From Gemmatimonadaceae bacterium (GTDB taxonomy: Bacteria; Gemmatimonadota; Gemmatimonadetes; Gemmatimonadales; Gemmatimonadaceae), in contig JBGAJQ010000012.1 in assembly GCA_044224875.1 (NCBI GenBank), positions 1 through 64,000 of the forward strand: 64,000 bases of DNA, in the 5' to 3' direction. The notes under the pieces were generated by a model. That model was not told where the DNA came from and ran no database searches. It saw only the letters and a list, made by a program, of their open reading frames with translations. The position numbers and the translations under genes are program-made. Positions 51,301 to 59,783 of the stretch are shown here, piece after piece; within the stretch, counting starts at the first letter, position 1, and every line of letters starts with the position of its first letter.

Positions 51301-53082
51301 TACGGTGGTACGCGGTGGGAGTGGCGCGCCGTCAACGAGTTGGCCTTGCCGTCGGCGATTGGCGAAGTGCTGGAACGCCGCTTGGATCGCCTGTCGCCAG
51401 GGTCCCGGCACATTCTCGCGGCCGCTGCGGTCCTTGGGCCATCGTTCGATGTCGAGTTGCTCCTGGCGGCGGCGGCAGCCACCGAGACGCAGGTCCGGGC
51501 CGCCCTCGACGAAGGCGTCGCGGCGGCGGTGGTGGAGGCGGGCGATGGAGCGCGCACGGGCCGATTCTCGTTCACGCACGCGTTGCTCGCCGATGCCTGT
51601 CGCCGCTCGATCCCTGAGCGCCAGCGACAGCGCATGCACGACGTCGCTGCCCGCATGCTCGAACTGCGGGCACCAACCGCCGTGAGTGAGATTGCCGCGC
51701 ACTACCACGCTGCCGGCAACGACGTCAACGCGTACCGGTACGCCGTGCTCGCCGCCACGCGAGCCGCGTCCGTGTACGCGCATGACGAAGCCTTGGCCTG
51801 CCTCGCGATTGCCCAGCGACACGCCCCATCGCCGGCCGACCTCGCGGAAATCCGCGGCCAGCTGGCTGAACTTGCCGAGGCGGCTGGTCGTTACGACTAC
51901 GCGGAAGAGATGTGTGACCTGGCACTCGACTGGTTGGCGGCCAACGCCCCGCCCATCGAGCAGGTTCCGCTGCGGCGACTCCGCGAGCTGGTTCGCATGC
52001 ACCGTGGACGCGCACCGCAGCGATCGATCGACGAGTTGCAGCTGATGTCGGCGCTCGTGGAGGCGTCAGCCAGCCACGAAGGTTCCGCATCGATCTCCGT
52101 GGCGCTCGCGGGCTGCTATGGCGCCCTGGCCAACTGGCCGCTGGCAGAACGGATGGCGCATCGCGCGCTGGAGTCGGCGCAGGCACAGCCCGACCCGCGC
52201 TGGGAGGGTGAGGCCTCGTTGCAGCTGGGAGCGGCACGTGCCTACCTCACGCCCTCCGAAGCGCTCGTCTTCCTGCGCGACGCCGAGCACGTGTTCCAGA
52301 CGATTGGTGACCTCCGTGGGGAGGGGCTTGCCGGCGCGGCGAGCGGATCCACGCTCGCCGCGATGGGGAAGCTGCACGAGGCCCATGAGACACTCACCCG
52401 AGCGGTTGATGCCGGGCGCTCTTCGCACAGCGCGAGCGTCTCGGCCCTTGCGGCGCTTGGAATGGCTAACGTCTCCCTGCGTCGTGGCGAGTTCGACCTG
52501 GCCAACGATTGGCTGGGTGATGCCAGTCGGCTATACGCCGCGCTCCGTGACGAACCCGGACGCGTCGACGCCGCGCTCCTGCGGGCCCACCTGCTGCTGG
52601 AAGAGGGTTCGCTGGATGAGGCTGGAGAGGCCTATCACTCGGTCGCCGCGCGCGCGGTCGACCTGGGAGTCCCATGGATTGAGCTGACGGCACATGCGGG
52701 AGCCGCGCTCTGCATGCCGTCTGGCCGCCTGAGTGAACGAGACTCCCGGTGGAAGCGGATCAACGAACTACTCAGCAGCTCCCCGGCCGAGTGGTGGTTC
52801 CCCGGTCGCGAGCGGGTCGATGCCCTGGCCGTGCGCATGGCGCTCACCGCCGGACATCTCTCGGTCGCGTTCGGACTCTTCGAGCGTGCGGTGGCGCTCT
52901 CCGAGAATCGCGACACGTGGGCCGCATGTTGGCTGGTGGCGCAGGTCGCGCAGCCACTGGTTGATGCCGGCTTGCCAGCCGCCCGCGCGAGCATCCTGGT
53001 CGCGGCCCGTCGCGCGCGAGAACATGACTTCCTGCCCTTGGCCCAGCGATTGTCACCGCAGGTCGCCCCGGGCTCAGCCTGA
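48337..53082 (+). CDS. Multidomain signalling protein: TPR - HD-GYP - degenerate GGDEF - STAND-type AAA ATPase - TPR
   Basis: LLHDIGK and HHECWDGSGYP (HD-GYP); RAGD-VVGRR-GEDEF; FVGREEE, GEAGIGKS, LVIEDAHWAD, EGIPLY; helical repeats at both ends. Confidence 0.9.
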   Translation: MTDTVRPANDASAADARRLASPANAATIESLIEQGRLAEARGQRDSARELYERALHLLDPSTGGELSASLWLGIGRTHFDADNHTAALDCVESVLALPTSSISHAAIASALELRGRVRWAQGNLEDAQNDFLGSRQRALAGGQTGQAAAGSANLAALALIRGEFSAALLLYETSLAEYRTLGDDASIAMVLGQLAPLYADLRRWNAAEQAFAEAMQLATAHSDARALLRLELARAEMAIGRFNYERAGASCARALELAKKLEPQSGSHAHALALNGVVARELGDLPRAERLLDQAERMALDADDLLVAAETAREKADLFGRLDRHQHTLLALNKAYRLLSQMRGRRTLLQIARRLHRLEEGFVDVVRRWAQRIESKDHATAGHCDRVAEWTTALARRMGVDGTTLFWYRVGALLHDIGKLAIPAAVLNKAGRLSADEWALVKRHPTLGAEMLTDVDFPWEVRPIVESHHECWDGSGYPHGLSGNQIPLAARIFHVADVFDALITRRSFKQALSPEEAIDVMRKDVGRQFDPAVFKAFEELVQERGASAMAAPSVRDAIHVIDDTLTAVPDRRSFFQTARETLAARRGTARSVSMLAVDVDHFRLINDAYGRLQGDDLLWALAKVLQRGVRAGDVVGRRGEDEFLVLLPDASPKVANEVAERLRAAAEAMRCVRRDAPDETIALTISIGIANAPADGDTAETLAAGADRALFRAKRAGRNRVVADEHEATEGIGARLSLDHFVGREEEVRQLVTLLDSAGRADPQFVTIVGEAGIGKSALLRQLDPEVRLRGAAVVVGQCADGEIKSPLAPWVSIIERLHERGAVPSREWLALSQLIPALRLPGLEPATAPTSSQLIDEIVRYVQLATRAHPLVLVIEDAHWADSATWDALEALAGAVQRERLLVCLTMRAEEARAVADRRKRLGQRRPVQQLSLQRLSVDDLRRWVQAAFHDGALGDEFPAFLYEYTEGIPLYIIHVLRALYEEGGIWYGGTRWEWRAVNELALPSAIGEVLERRLDRLSPGSRHILAAAAVLGPSFDVELLLAAAAATETQVRAALDEGVAAAVVEAGDGARTGRFSFTHALLADACRRSIPERQRQRMHDVAARMLELRAPTAVSEIAAHYHAAGNDVNAYRYAVLAATRAASVYAHDEALACLAIAQRHAPSPADLAEIRGQLAELAEAAGRYDYAEEMCDLALDWLAANAPPIEQVPLRRLRELVRMHRGRAPQRSIDELQLMSALVEASASHEGSASISVALAGCYGALANWPLAERMAHRALESAQAQPDPRWEGEASLQLGAARAYLTPSEALVFLRDAEHVFQTIGDLRGEGLAGAASGSTLAAMGKLHEAHETLTRAVDAGRSSHSASVSALAALGMANVSLRRGEFDLANDWLGDASRLYAALRDEPGRVDAALLRAHLLLEEGSLDEAGEAYHSVAARAVDLGVPWIELTAHAGAALCMPSGRLSERDSRWKRINELLSSSPAEWWFPGRERVDALAVRMALTAGHLSVAFGLFERAVALSENRDTWAACWLVAQVAQPLVDAGLPAARASILVAARRAREHDFLPLAQRLSPQVAPGSA

Positions 53083-53275
53083 GCGCGTGGGCGGCGACGT
53101 CAACTGCGTGTCGCCACCAACGCTCCCATCCCGCGCTGCTGCTTCAACTTTCTAAACAGGCTTCGCACCCAGGAGAGAACCCCCTCCTGAGCTGTTGGAG
53201 ACTCGGATTCGGACGGCGCGAGCAGTCAGCAACCGGAGCCAGGCCCGGAGTCAACTGCCCGAACTGGCCCGTCAC

Positions 53276-56200
53276 CTAACCAGAAAGCCACTCCAGCATC
53301 TTTCGACGCACGCGCTCGCTCTCGAAGTAATGCGTGTGTGACACGCCGTCGCTCCCTTCGAGGAGCAGCCGCTCTTCGATCGGGAAGTAGGCCGATCCGT
53401 TTTCCTTGAACACGCCATTCGTGGGAACGACCAGGTCGTTCGGACCGCCAGGATCGTTAGGCCCGGCCATCAGCTTGTTCAACCCCTTCGTCACGAGCAG
53501 TCGGCGCAACCCCGGGTCGGTCGGCTTCGCATCCGATGTAATCGCGAAATACTTCGTCTCCCCGCGACTGCCGCCCGCGTTCATGCGTGTGAGGAACTCG
53601 CCCCCCGGGTACATGGACTGCAGGCCATCCAGACCCGAGAGCGAACCTACCGCCAGCTGCTTCACCACACCGAGGACGAGCGTGAGAATGTCGGTGACGC
53701 CGGGAATGAGATCGAGCACGTTCGTCAGCACATCGATCAGGTCGCCGAGCTTCTGGGGGTTGGCCAACGGCGTGCCGGCGTTTGGCGCCCCGACGAACAC
53801 CACACGCCCCACGCGCAGCGTCCGCCCTTTCAGCTCGAACTCGGCCAGGCGCTCGGCAATCATGCGGCTCACCAGCCCGCCGCGCGAGTGACACACCACG
53901 TCCACGTCCAAGGCCGTGCCGTCCGGAATGCTCTCGATCAGGCGCTTCACGTTCTCACGCGGGTCATGCGACAGGGTGAAGTGATCGTACGCAAAGACAC
54001 GCCCGCCGTACCGTTGGTGCAGCTCCGCCATGTAGTCCACCGGCAACTGGCTAAAGGCGAGATGCGATCGACTGAAGGTGCCATGCACGAATAGCAGGGC
54101 GCGCCCGCTAGCCAGTCGTTTCCAGTCATCGCCCTCGATCACCCGCGCAGCGTTCCCAGCGAAGTCGTCCGGTTGAAACGCGCGCACGCGATAGGGTGCT
54201 CGCTTCTTCTCCATGGCGTTGACGAACGACGCCCCCACCTCGCCGAGGACCGGGTCGATCAGTGGGAACACGAGTTCCTTGAGTACCTTCTTCCCCGCAG
54301 CGCCCAGCAGTCCTCGTGAGCCTGCCGGGGCATCGGCGGGTACAGATTGCGGGACGAGGTACGACCGTTTGGAGGGAGCCGCACTCGTTCCACGCGTGCC
54401 ACCACTCGCCGCGAGGTGCCAGGACACGACACCGAGTTCGTCGGTGGCCATCACGAGTTGGCCAAATCCCTCCGGTGGCGCGTTCAGCTGCAGCTCCATC
54501 GCGGGTTGGTCGCCCAGGCTGCGCGCCGCCACGCCGCTCTCTCGAGCGCCACGAATCTCGATCGTCTGGCCGTCGGCAATGCCGGAGGCCTCGAGCGCGT
54601 CGCGTAGTTCCGGCTTGATTAACGCCTTCGCTACCTCGTGGCCCTTGGAGCCAAAGTGTGTGGCGGCCGTTCCAGTCAGCCCCGAGGCCACAAGTGTTGC
54701 AGCTCCCAAACTGACCGCGGCGGCCGTTCCCGGCAGGGACTGCGTCGTCCGCCGCCGCACCACGAAGGAACGGGTGACCGTGGTCCAGTCGCCATCCGCC
54801 GGTTCGTTGCGGCCCAAGTCACGGGTTCCATGCCCCTGAAAGACGCCATTGAACAATGCGCCGAGCGAGGTGGTCCCGACGCCGCGTGTACCGGCCTGCT
54901 GCAACAGGGAAAAGTCTGCCTCCTGTTCGGTGACGAACAGCTTCACCGACTCCACGGCTTGTCCTTCGAGTGCGGGGTCTTGTCCGGGCACGAAGGGAAA
55001 GCCCTTTGGCCAGCGCGCATAGAACAGGTCCGACTTCTTGGTCTCGTAGTCGAACTGAATGCCAGGTTCCAGCTTCCGCTGTGTCCGTGACTCCCGGTAG
55101 GGCAGCGCGAGCGCCACCGCTCCCGATAGGCCAAAGTCCACGAGGCTGATGAACACCGGTTTGTCGTGATTGCTCGCGATGCGAAAGACCACGACTTCGT
55201 CCTGGTCGTAGACCACCTGTCCGCCGGCCGTAGCGTCCGGCTGCGCCGCTGTGAGCCCGCCAGATGCATCCATTCGCATTAACGTCAGCTCGAACTTTCC
55301 CCGGAGCGCGCTGTCGAGGTTTGTGTTCTCGAACGCCAAGGCGCGCCGGTAGCGTGAGGTGCCCTCGAGATTGTCGCGGATGACCTGCGTCTCGCTGACC
55401 TTCTTCAACGGCATCAGGAACGTGCCCGTTTCGGACGTGAATGCCCACATGGGCTCGCGAAGTACGCCGGCCTCGCGCACCAGGTCGTCCGGCCCGACGA
55501 CGGTGCGTGCCGGGATGAGCCGACCGGTTACGGCATCGGCGGATTCCGTTATCTCCAGGAGCGGCGAGGCCGAGAGTGCGGCGCGAAGCACCCGCAGCGA
55601 CTCCTCACCGTCGGCGCCCGCCACCAACCGCACCGGCAGGCGCATGTCGGCGTGCACATGCGACGTCTCCACGGCCCGCGTGTCCACCGCGATCGCGCCG
55701 ACCCCCGACTCCTTCGTCACACGGCCTTCGCTGGAAACAACGCCCACACTCGTCAGCTCAATCGTGCCCACCAGCGACTCGGCGGTGGCGAGTTTGGTGG
55801 CCTGTGCATGCACGTCGTACGTCGAGCCGATCGTCATGCCGTGGGCGGCGCCAGCGGCCAGCGTCACCACGTCGTCCGTGCGTCCGAGCACACGCACAAA
55901 GCGCATCGGTTCGATGTCACGCACGCCAAGCACTTCGCGGTCGGCCTTCCCTTCCATTTGCGGATGCTGGCTCGGCGCATAGGCGGTCACCCGGGCCGAG
56001 GCACGCTCGAAGACGTCACGGTACGTCGCCCCCGGCGTCACCTTCCGAAGCTCCTGCGCCAGGAAGTAGGTCAGCGCCCCGTGCGGTACCCTTCCCTCCG
56101 CCTCGGACGTCGTGTACTCGAACGATGTTTCGTCGTCCCGACACCCGGCGATCATGACGTACTTGTCCGCGATCGGCATCCACCCGCTCGGTCCCGCTTC

Positions 56201-56809
56201 CCCCCGCGTGACGATTGGCACGGGCTGCCGGAACTTCAGCAGTTCCTCGCGCGGCCGCGTGTCGGGAGGAAGGGAACGCGCCCTGGGAGCGCCCGTATCC
56301 CGGGTGATCGTCCCGGAGTGACAGCAGTCGAAGATGAGGGTGATGAACGTTGTTCGGGCGCCTAACGCTTCGAGCTTGAGGGCGATCTCATCGTCGGTAA
56401 TGTCGCGATTCTGACCCTGCCAGCCCGCGCTATCGTGGGGGACCATCGTACTGTCGCGTCCCGATGGCTCGTCACCCTCCATGTCCGTGACTTGCGATCC
56501 GTGCCCGGCGTAGTGCAGCACGACCACGTCGTCTTTCCCTGTCGCGGCGATGAGCGCGTCCAGCGCCTCCAGGATCCGATCGCGGGTGGCATCGGCATTC
56601 GTCAGGAGTGCCATCTGCTCTCGCGGGAACCCGTACTGCTCGGCGAGAACCTCCTGCAACAGCTTTACGTCGTTGACGCACCCGTTGAGTTGGCGCTCGG
56701 GCGGCCACAGCGGATACTGGTCGATACCGATCGAGAGGAGTCGCTTGACTGTGCCGCCGTCTGTTGGACTCATGTCGCTTCGCTGAGAAGAGGAGACCTG
56801 TTCACGCAC
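53276..56809 (-). CDS. Caspase-like (peptidase C14) - DUF4384-like - alpha/beta-hydrolase (PGAP1/lipase-like) fusion protein
   Basis: SIGIDQY, LNGCVND, YAGHGS, FDCCHSG, HGALTY (C14); VFISLVDFGLSGAV..VKLFVT (DUF4384-like); FVHGTFS, CHSRGG, GAPNAGTPLA, NDLVV, SHTHYF (hydrolase). Alternative start ATG 56773. Confidence 0.88.
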   Translation of the reverse strand: MREQVSSSQRSDMSPTDGGTVKRLLSIGIDQYPLWPPERQLNGCVNDVKLLQEVLAEQYGFPREQMALLTNADATRDRILEALDALIAATGKDDVVVLHYAGHGSQVTDMEGDEPSGRDSTMVPHDSAGWQGQNRDITDDEIALKLEALGARTTFITLIFDCCHSGTITRDTGAPRARSLPPDTRPREELLKFRQPVPIVTRGEAGPSGWMPIADKYVMIAGCRDDETSFEYTTSEAEGRVPHGALTYFLAQELRKVTPGATYRDVFERASARVTAYAPSQHPQMEGKADREVLGVRDIEPMRFVRVLGRTDDVVTLAAGAAHGMTIGSTYDVHAQATKLATAESLVGTIELTSVGVVSSEGRVTKESGVGAIAVDTRAVETSHVHADMRLPVRLVAGADGEESLRVLRAALSASPLLEITESADAVTGRLIPARTVVGPDDLVREAGVLREPMWAFTSETGTFLMPLKKVSETQVIRDNLEGTSRYRRALAFENTNLDSALRGKFELTLMRMDASGGLTAAQPDATAGGQVVYDQDEVVVFRIASNHDKPVFISLVDFGLSGAVALALPYRESRTQRKLEPGIQFDYETKKSDLFYARWPKGFPFVPGQDPALEGQAVESVKLFVTEQEADFSLLQQAGTRGVGTTSLGALFNGVFQGHGTRDLGRNEPADGDWTTVTRSFVVRRRTTQSLPGTAAAVSLGAATLVASGLTGTAATHFGSKGHEVAKALIKPELRDALEASGIADGQTIEIRGARESGVAARSLGDQPAMELQLNAPPEGFGQLVMATDELGVVSWHLAASGGTRGTSAAPSKRSYLVPQSVPADAPAGSRGLLGAAGKKVLKELVFPLIDPVLGEVGASFVNAMEKKRAPYRVRAFQPDDFAGNAARVIEGDDWKRLASGRALLFVHGTFSRSHLAFSQLPVDYMAELHQRYGGRVFAYDHFTLSHDPRENVKRLIESIPDGTALDVDVVCHSRGGLVSRMIAERLAEFELKGRTLRVGRVVFVGAPNAGTPLANPQKLGDLIDVLTNVLDLIPGVTDILTLVLGVVKQLAVGSLSGLDGLQSMYPGGEFLTRMNAGGSRGETKYFAITSDAKPTDPGLRRLLVTKGLNKLMAGPNDPGGPNDLVVPTNGVFKENGSAYFPIEERLLLEGSDGVSHTHYFESERVRRKMLEWLSG

Positions 56810-56929
56810 GTCTCACGGCTGGACGTGATGCAACGCGTGAGCGTGGAGTCGCGCGTGAAACGTCGTCGCGTACGCCGCGGTGGTCAACACACCCGCGGGT
56901 ATCACGAGGACGCGCTCGGAAAGCGCCAT

Positions 56930-56963
56930 GAAATAGAACGAGGGGCCGATGATCGGCCCCTCG
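56930..56963 (-). terminator. Rho-independent terminator closing the sulfur operon
   Basis: Inverted repeat CGAGGGGCCGAT/ATCGGCCCCTCG (56939-56963) followed on the minus strand by TTCTATTTC, about 24 nt after the stop at 56987. Confidence 0.75.
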
Positions 56964-56986
56964 CCTGTCATCTCACGGCGTAGCGA

Positions 56987-58419
56987 CTACTTCCACACCG
57001 CGCCAAACGTCAATACCCACTGCTGCATGGTGGTGTAGCTGTTCTGGTATTCGGCGCCCAGCAGGTGACTCGCGTTCGCGCCGGTGACGTGCGCGTTGAG
57101 TGCGTGCACGAGCGACACCTCAAATGGCACACCGAGCAGGTTGAAGCCGGTACCCGCCGTCACAGCCTGCTCGCTGATCGCCGGGAATGCGATGAACACC
57201 GTGTTATTCGGGACCGGGTTGCTCCCACGCAGGTAGCCAGCGCGGAAGGTCGTTCCTTCGCTTGCCTTGTACTCGACCCCGAACTTGCCACTCCAGGTGT
57301 CCTTCCAATGGAGCGGGAACGGATACGTGAAGTTCGCATTCGTCGGGTCGCCGTTCACGAGGATGTTCACATTGGCGTTGTTCCCGTTCGTCAGGATGAA
57401 CGGCATGACGGATTCCGCCGCCTTCCAGTTCATCCACACACCTTCCGCCCCAAGTCGCCAACGCGGGCTCAGCTTAAGTGACATCCCGGCTCCGGCCGTT
57501 TGCGGTTCGGACAGTTCGGTCGCCGCGTGGTATGTTGATTTCGCTCCGAGCGCGAGGTTCATCCCGGCGCTGCTGAGTGCCTGCCCACCAACACCCCGAA
57601 CATGGCCTCGAACTGTCGGTTCATGTCGATGATTGCGGTCGCGCCATCGAGTGAGATCTTCGACCTTGGGCTCCACGATGCACTCACGCGGAATGCCTCG
57701 TTGACCTTCCACGCGGCACCGAGGCTGGCTCCGTAACCCCACCCACTGAAGTCATAGGAGTCCCCGAACGCCGTCAGCTCTGTCACGTTGGCGAACATGG
57801 CTGGGTAGTGCGGGTCCATCTGGAGGATGGCACCCATTCCGGCCGCCGACGTGGGTGGCATGGTGAAGGGCATGCGGAAGTCGCGAATCTGCGCGTACGT
57901 CGCATACCCGCTCAGGCCGACCGTGAAACCCGGCGCGACCTCGTAGGCCAGCGCGGGCCCCATCTTCATGGCCGCGAAGAAGCTTTCGTAGTCCTGGTTC
58001 GCGCCTAACAGCGCGTGCTGCAGCTTGAAATCGGATCCAAAGCCGCCGATCGGCTCCATCCCGACGGCCCAGGAGATTCGAGGACTGATCTTCTTGCCAA
58101 CATATGCGAACGAACCGAGCGGGTACGCATGCCGAGCTCCGTCGGTCGTGCTCGCGTTGATGCTGTTGCGGAACGTAAGACTTGGCGCAAACGCCGAGAG
58201 ATTGGCCTCGAGTGCGGGCCGTTGAAACCAGCTGATCGCCGCTGGATCGCGGAACAGGTCCGTTGGTACGTCGTCACGTGCGCGCGTCACGCAGCCCTGT
58301 CCGGCCGCGCGCGCTGAGAGACAATGCAGCACATAGCCATTCGTCTGGCCCCGCATCTCTGTCGAAAGCATGACGCCGGCCAGCGCGACTACTGCGCTCA
58401 CATACCGTGTCGTCTTCAT
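56987..58419 (-). pseudogene. FadL/TodX (OmpP1)-family outer-membrane channel, split by a frameshift near 57585
   Basis: 5' ORF 57559-58419: signal peptide, NGY..SARAAGQG, FRDPAA, GFGSDF, GPALAYEV. 3' part in another frame: PQTAGAG, VWMNWK, WKDTW..FGVEY, FRAGY..NPVP. Joined length is about 477 codons. Confidence 0.8.
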
Positions 58420-58435
58420 ATCTACCTCGCGTCAA

Positions 58436-58954
58436 TCAGATGAAGATCACCTGTGCGCCTTCGGACTCTTCGAAAAAGTCCATGGCGGTGATCACGTCCT
58501 GCACCTGTGGAATGAGCTCCTCACGCTTGATGTCCATCATTTCCATCGCCATCTGGCACGCGTAGATCTCCGCCCCCGAGTCGCTGAGCGTCACGAGCAG
58601 CTCGCGCACTGTGGGTACGTCGATCTCTTCGATCTTTTTCTTCATCATGCGCGTGGCCAGACTTTCCATGCCCGGCAGGCCGGCGATCATGGCCGGCATG
58701 TGCGTTCCGGGATTCCCGACGACGCCCGCGTGCAACTTGTCCACCGTCGCCTCGCGAATGATGTCCATGCCCCAGAACGTGAAGAACAACACGGCGTCGA
58801 TGCCCATCATCCGGGCGGCGTTGGCCAGGATGAGCCCCGGATACGCCATGTCCAAACTCCCTTTCGAGCAAATGATCGCGACCTTGCGATTCGTCTCGGG
58901 TACGCCGTTCGTTGCACCTACCGGCGCGCCCACGGTCTCCAGTACACTCTTCAT
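58436..58954 (-). CDS. DsrE/DsrF/DrsH-like (DsrE_2) sulfur-relay protein
   Basis: KVAIICSKGSLD, LFFTFWG, IYACQMAMEM, GAQVIFI; GGAGG RBS. Confidence 0.9.
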   Translation of the reverse strand: MKSVLETVGAPVGATNGVPETNRKVAIICSKGSLDMAYPGLILANAARMMGIDAVLFFTFWGMDIIREATVDKLHAGVVGNPGTHMPAMIAGLPGMESLATRMMKKKIEEIDVPTVRELLVTLSDSGAEIYACQMAMEMMDIKREELIPQVQDVITAMDFFEESEGAQVIFI

Positions 58955-58995
58955 GTCGTCAGCCTCCTGTGGGAACCGGATTCACCGGTTAGTCG

Positions 58996-59310
58996 TCAGA
59001 CGCAACTCTTTGGCTTCGTTAGACCCGACACCTTGGCTGCCAGAATTCCGGGCCCCTTCGGGAAGAGCTGGTACAGCTCCTTGGTGGGGATTCCGGACGC
59101 GCTCGTGATCCGTCGCAGTCCTGGAGCCGTCCCCTTCTCGGCGGCGTCGCGGCGGCAGAACTCGATCACTTTCCAATGCCGCTCGGTGAGCGTGATCCCG
59201 GCTTGTCGTGCAATTTCCTCGGCAATGTCCGGTGTCCATTCCTGGGGATCGATCATGAAGCCGTCGTCATTCAGCTTCACCTCGTGCCCTGCGATCATTG
59301 CGGTGGTCAT
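58996..59310 (-). CDS. tusE: TusE/DsrC-family sulfur carrier (only the terminal Cys retained)
   Basis: DDGFM..W, LTERHWKVI, LYQLFPKGP, GLTKPKSCV; no second DsrC Cys; GGAGGAG RBS. Confidence 0.88.
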   Translation of the reverse strand: MTTAMIAGHEVKLNDDGFMIDPQEWTPDIAEEIARQAGITLTERHWKVIEFCRRDAAEKGTAPGLRRITSASGIPTKELYQLFPKGPGILAAKVSGLTKPKSCV

Positions 59311-59352
59311 ATCTCCTCCCGTGCATCCGGCATATGGCCGGCTCATGTCGAG

Positions 59353-59781
59353 TCAGCGTCCGGCCGCGTTGGTACTCGTGGCGGACTTCCCGATCAGGTG
59401 AAGTGCTGTCAGCAGCAACGCCAGTCCCTTGCGCGCTTCCGGTGCTCGCATGCGCCGGAAGAGCTCTCGCCATCCGGGGGCAGGCGCGCGACGGACCAGT
59501 TCGAGTTCGCTCTTGGCATCAGCGAGCCACGCCTTCGCTCCGGACTTGCTGAGTGCGTCGAACTTGCCGATCGCCAACAGCATCGCGTCATTCACGACCG
59601 GCATCATGTCAACAACGAGTTCTTCGAGTTCTTCCCGGCGCGCGTCCAGCGCTCGCAGCATCTGCGTCTGCTCGGCCAGCGCCTTGTCTTGTCTGGCCAG
59701 GGCGCGTCGCAGCTCCTCCCAATCCAGTGGTGAGGGCGCCGGGGACTCGACCAGTGCGGTGCGTTCCATCACGGCGGTCAT
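59353..59781 (-). CDS. DUF1641-like helical protein typical of sqr operons
   Basis: ELEELVVDMMPVV; C-terminal PGWRELFRRMRAPEARKGL; directly downstream of sqr. Confidence 0.7.
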   Translation of the reverse strand: MTAVMERTALVESPAPSPLDWEELRRALARQDKALAEQTQMLRALDARREELEELVVDMMPVVNDAMLLAIGKFDALSKSGAKAWLADAKSELELVRRAPAPGWRELFRRMRAPEARKGLALLLTALHLIGKSATSTNAAGR

Positions 59782-59783
59782 CG

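Noticed and set aside
53099..53258. 9-bp direct repeat GTCAACTGC as a target-site duplication
   Set aside because: No terminal inverted repeats or transposase lie between the copies, and the same 9-mer occurs at about 3649.
58996..59310. DsrC indicating dissimilatory sulfite reduction or oxidation
   Set aside because: It lacks the second conserved Cys of true DsrC, and dsrAB/dsrMK are not in the window.
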